64,000 nt of DNA from Alphaproteobacteria bacterium (GTDB taxonomy: Bacteria > Pseudomonadota > Alphaproteobacteria > UBA7887). The notes under the pieces are model-generated. The model was not told the DNA's origin. It did not search any database and saw only the letters and a program-made list of their open reading frames with translations. Position numbers and translations under genes: made by a program. The DNA lies in the NCBI GenBank assembly GCA_030739735.1, contig JASLYQ010000001.1, forward strand, positions 159,633 to 223,632. The letters run 5' to 3'. Shown piece by piece: positions 62,305 to 64,000 of this stretch. Each line of letters begins with the position of its first letter. Position 1 is the first letter of the stretch.

Positions 62305-62733
62305 TTAGTCCGCGTCGGGGACAGCTAAAACCTCTGGCGGCGGCCAGGCCTCGAAGGTGGGCGCCTCGCTCTGCCAGTTGCCGTAGTCGGCGCTTTCGCC
62401 GGTGAAGATGCGCGCGACCAAGGCCAGACCGCTTGGTCCTTCCAGGTTGCCGCCGGCGATGACCAGGCGGTCACCACCGTCGCGGCGGTAGAAGAGGCTC
62501 GAGCCGCATCTGTTACAAAAGCCCCTCTGCGCCTTGTCGGAACTGCGGTACCAAGTTAGTGCCCCAGCCGCGTCATGGATCTCAATATTGCTCAACTTAG
62601 CCGCTGTACCGTGCCAGAGCCCGCCACTGACACGTCGGCAGCTCTCGCAGTAGCACTCAATGACGCCCCGCATGGGACCATAGATGTCGAACGATACAGC
62701 ACCGCAATGGCAGCGTCCTTTGGTCTCGCTCAT
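62305..62733 (-). CDS. GFA-family (glutathione-dependent formaldehyde-activating enzyme / CENP-V-like) protein
   Basis: Start at MSETKGRCHCGAVSFDI (RBS AGGGAG). 142 aa. Both Zn-binding Cys clusters are present (CHCGAV…; CYCESC…; CNRCGSSLF). Confidence 0.8.
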   Translation of the reverse strand: MSETKGRCHCGAVSFDIYGPMRGVIECYCESCRRVSGGLWHGTAAKLSNIEIHDAAGALTWYRSSDKAQRGFCNRCGSSLFYRRDGGDRLVIAGGNLEGPSGLALVARIFTGESADYGNWQSEAPTFEAWPPPEVLAVPDAD

Positions 62734-62743
62734 GATCGCCTCC

Positions 62744-63895
62744 CTATGTCGTATCCTGGCCTCCGAGGATAGTCGTGACCTGGCTCGAGAAAACACCACC
62801 ATTGCCGTGCACAAGCGCCACCTCGGCGCCGTTGATCTGGCGCTCGCCGCATTCGTCGCGCAACTGGCGGACGGCTTCAATGAAGGGGAAGATGCCGTAC
62901 ATGCCGGGATGGCAACACGACAGCCCACCGCCATTGGTGTTCACGGCCACCTTGCCGCCGGGTGCAATGGCACCGCCTTCGACGAACGCCCCGCCCTCGC
63001 CCTTGGCGCAAAAACCGAGGTCTTCGAGGAACATCAGCGTGGTGATGGTGAAGGCATCGTAGAGCTCGACTATATCGACGTCGGCAATGTCCAAGCCTGC
63101 CATCTCGAACGCCCGTGCTCCGGATTCGGTGGCTGCCGAGACCGTGAGATCGGGCATGTTGGTGATGTAACGGTGCCAATGGGCCATGGCCACGCCGAGC
63201 ACATAGACCGGCACCTTGGGCAGATCGGGCGCGCGCTCGGGCCGGGTAAGCACCACGGCACCGCCACCGTCTGTGACTAGGCAGCAGTCGCGGACCGTGA
63301 AAGGATCGCTAATCAAGCGCGCCGCCAGCACCTCCTCCAGCGAAGTCGGCTCGCGGCAGAAGGCTTCCGGGTTCAACTGGGCCCACTGCCGCGCGGCAAC
63401 GGCGATCTCCGCCAGCTGCTCGCGCGTGGTGCCATATTCGTGCATGTGCCGCGCCGCAGCCAGCGCGTAGGACGTGATCGGCTGGCGCGGCCGGTAGGGC
63501 GCCTCATAGGGGTCCGGACGCGAGCTCGACACCAGGCGCCCCGCTGCCGAGCGCTGGTTGCTGGCATAGGCGATCAGAGCCACATCGCAGATACCGGCCT
63601 GCAGCGCCATGGTGGCGATCAGCACCTGGGAGAGGTTGGACGAGCCGCCGATCACCGTCGAATCGGAGAACTTCGGCTTGATACCGAGATATTCGGCAAG
63701 GCTGAGCGAGCCCATATTGAGCTGCATCGAGGTGCAGAACACAGCGTCCACGTCGCTGATGGCAAGGCCGGCATCGCCGAGCGCAGCCTGTGTCGTGGCA
63801 GCCAGCAGCTCGAGCTCGGACAACCCGGACATCTCGCCAAGGCCATAAGTGCCGGCGCCAGCGACGATGCTCGCCGCGCGCAAGGTGCCGCTCAT
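62744..63895 (-). CDS. thiolase-like protein (SCP2-thiolase / lipid-transfer protein family)
   Basis: 383 aa. Thiolase fold without a classic catalytic-Cys motif. Of the kind that pairs with a DUF35 OB-fold protein. Confidence 0.7.
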   Translation of the reverse strand: MSGTLRAASIVAGAGTYGLGEMSGLSELELLAATTQAALGDAGLAISDVDAVFCTSMQLNMGSLSLAEYLGIKPKFSDSTVIGGSSNLSQVLIATMALQAGICDVALIAYASNQRSAAGRLVSSSRPDPYEAPYRPRQPITSYALAAARHMHEYGTTREQLAEIAVAARQWAQLNPEAFCREPTSLEEVLAARLISDPFTVRDCCLVTDGGGAVVLTRPERAPDLPKVPVYVLGVAMAHWHRYITNMPDLTVSAATESGARAFEMAGLDIADVDIVELYDAFTITTLMFLEDLGFCAKGEGGAFVEGGAIAPGGKVAVNTNGGGLSCCHPGMYGIFPFIEAVRQLRDECGERQINGAEVALVHGNGGVFSSQVTTILGGQDTT

Positions 63896-64000
63896 TGCCC
63901 AGCTCCCACGGCTGGGCGGAAGACGAGTAGGGCCGCCTCGTCTTCCTGAATGATCTCGGCCTCGACGGCCATGCCAATGCTTACCTCTTGCGGCGCGATA
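63892..64000 (-). CDS. DUF35-type OB-fold/zinc-ribbon protein, C-terminal fragment (3' end only; gene continues past the window edge)
   Basis: Open frame from the window end to a TGA at 63892-63894 (…IAPQEVSIGMAVEAEIIQEDEAALLVFRPAVGAGQ*), ATGA-overlapping the thiolase-like start. Typical tail of DUF35 partners of SCP2-thiolases. Confidence 0.5.
   Translation of the reverse strand, partial: IAPQEVSIGMAVEAEIIQEDEAALLVFRPAVGAGQ

Overview
This is a GC-rich (about 65%) bacterial chromosomal window, apparently proteobacterial, with dense coding on both strands. I found one tRNA-Leu(CAA) and no rRNA, CRISPR array, IS element or transposase. Most of the window is housekeeping or catabolic. It includes a 5'-truncated htpG, purH, a fatty-acid beta-oxidation cluster (acyl-CoA dehydrogenase, flavin reductase, thiolase, FadB-like multifunctional enzyme, MaoC dehydratase, acyl-CoA ligase, short-chain dehydrogenases), isovaleryl-CoA dehydrogenase, TRAP DctQM permeases, a uronate dehydrogenase plus lactonase pair, and many assorted hydrolases and oxidoreductases. 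Four loci stand out.

1. At 21.5-26.4 kb, a LinB/DhaA-type haloalkane dehalogenase is followed by a three-polypeptide, split-beta, cobalt-type nitrile hydratase-like enzyme (betaN-betaC-alpha). The three genes are linked by ATGA overlaps and run straight into a glutathione S-transferase and a D-aminoacylase-family amidohydrolase.

2. At 52.8-60.0 kb, two tandem NosR/NirI-family membrane polyferredoxin paralogs sit directly upstream of a Tat-exported SorA/SoxC-type molybdenum sulfite dehydrogenase, its monoheme cytochrome c and an aminotransferase. One paralog keeps the flavin-attachment SGAT motif and the other has lost it.

3. At 1.8-8.0 kb, a gene pair encoding a DUF218 (ElyC/YdcF) protein and a NusG/RfaH-like specialised antiterminator sits next to a divergent operon. 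That operon encodes a SAM-methyltransferase::GT2 glycosyltransferase fusion and a WecA/MraY-type polyprenyl-phosphate sugar-phosphate transferase.

4. At 47.6-50.1 kb, AT-rich intergenic DNA flanks tRNA-Leu and an exported CXXCH protein, and carries two copies of a 25-bp direct repeat.

I also found three likely pseudogenes or sequence problems: an NfeD gene with an in-frame TAG, a quinone oxidoreductase with a -1 frameshift, and a truncated GFA-family gene remnant.
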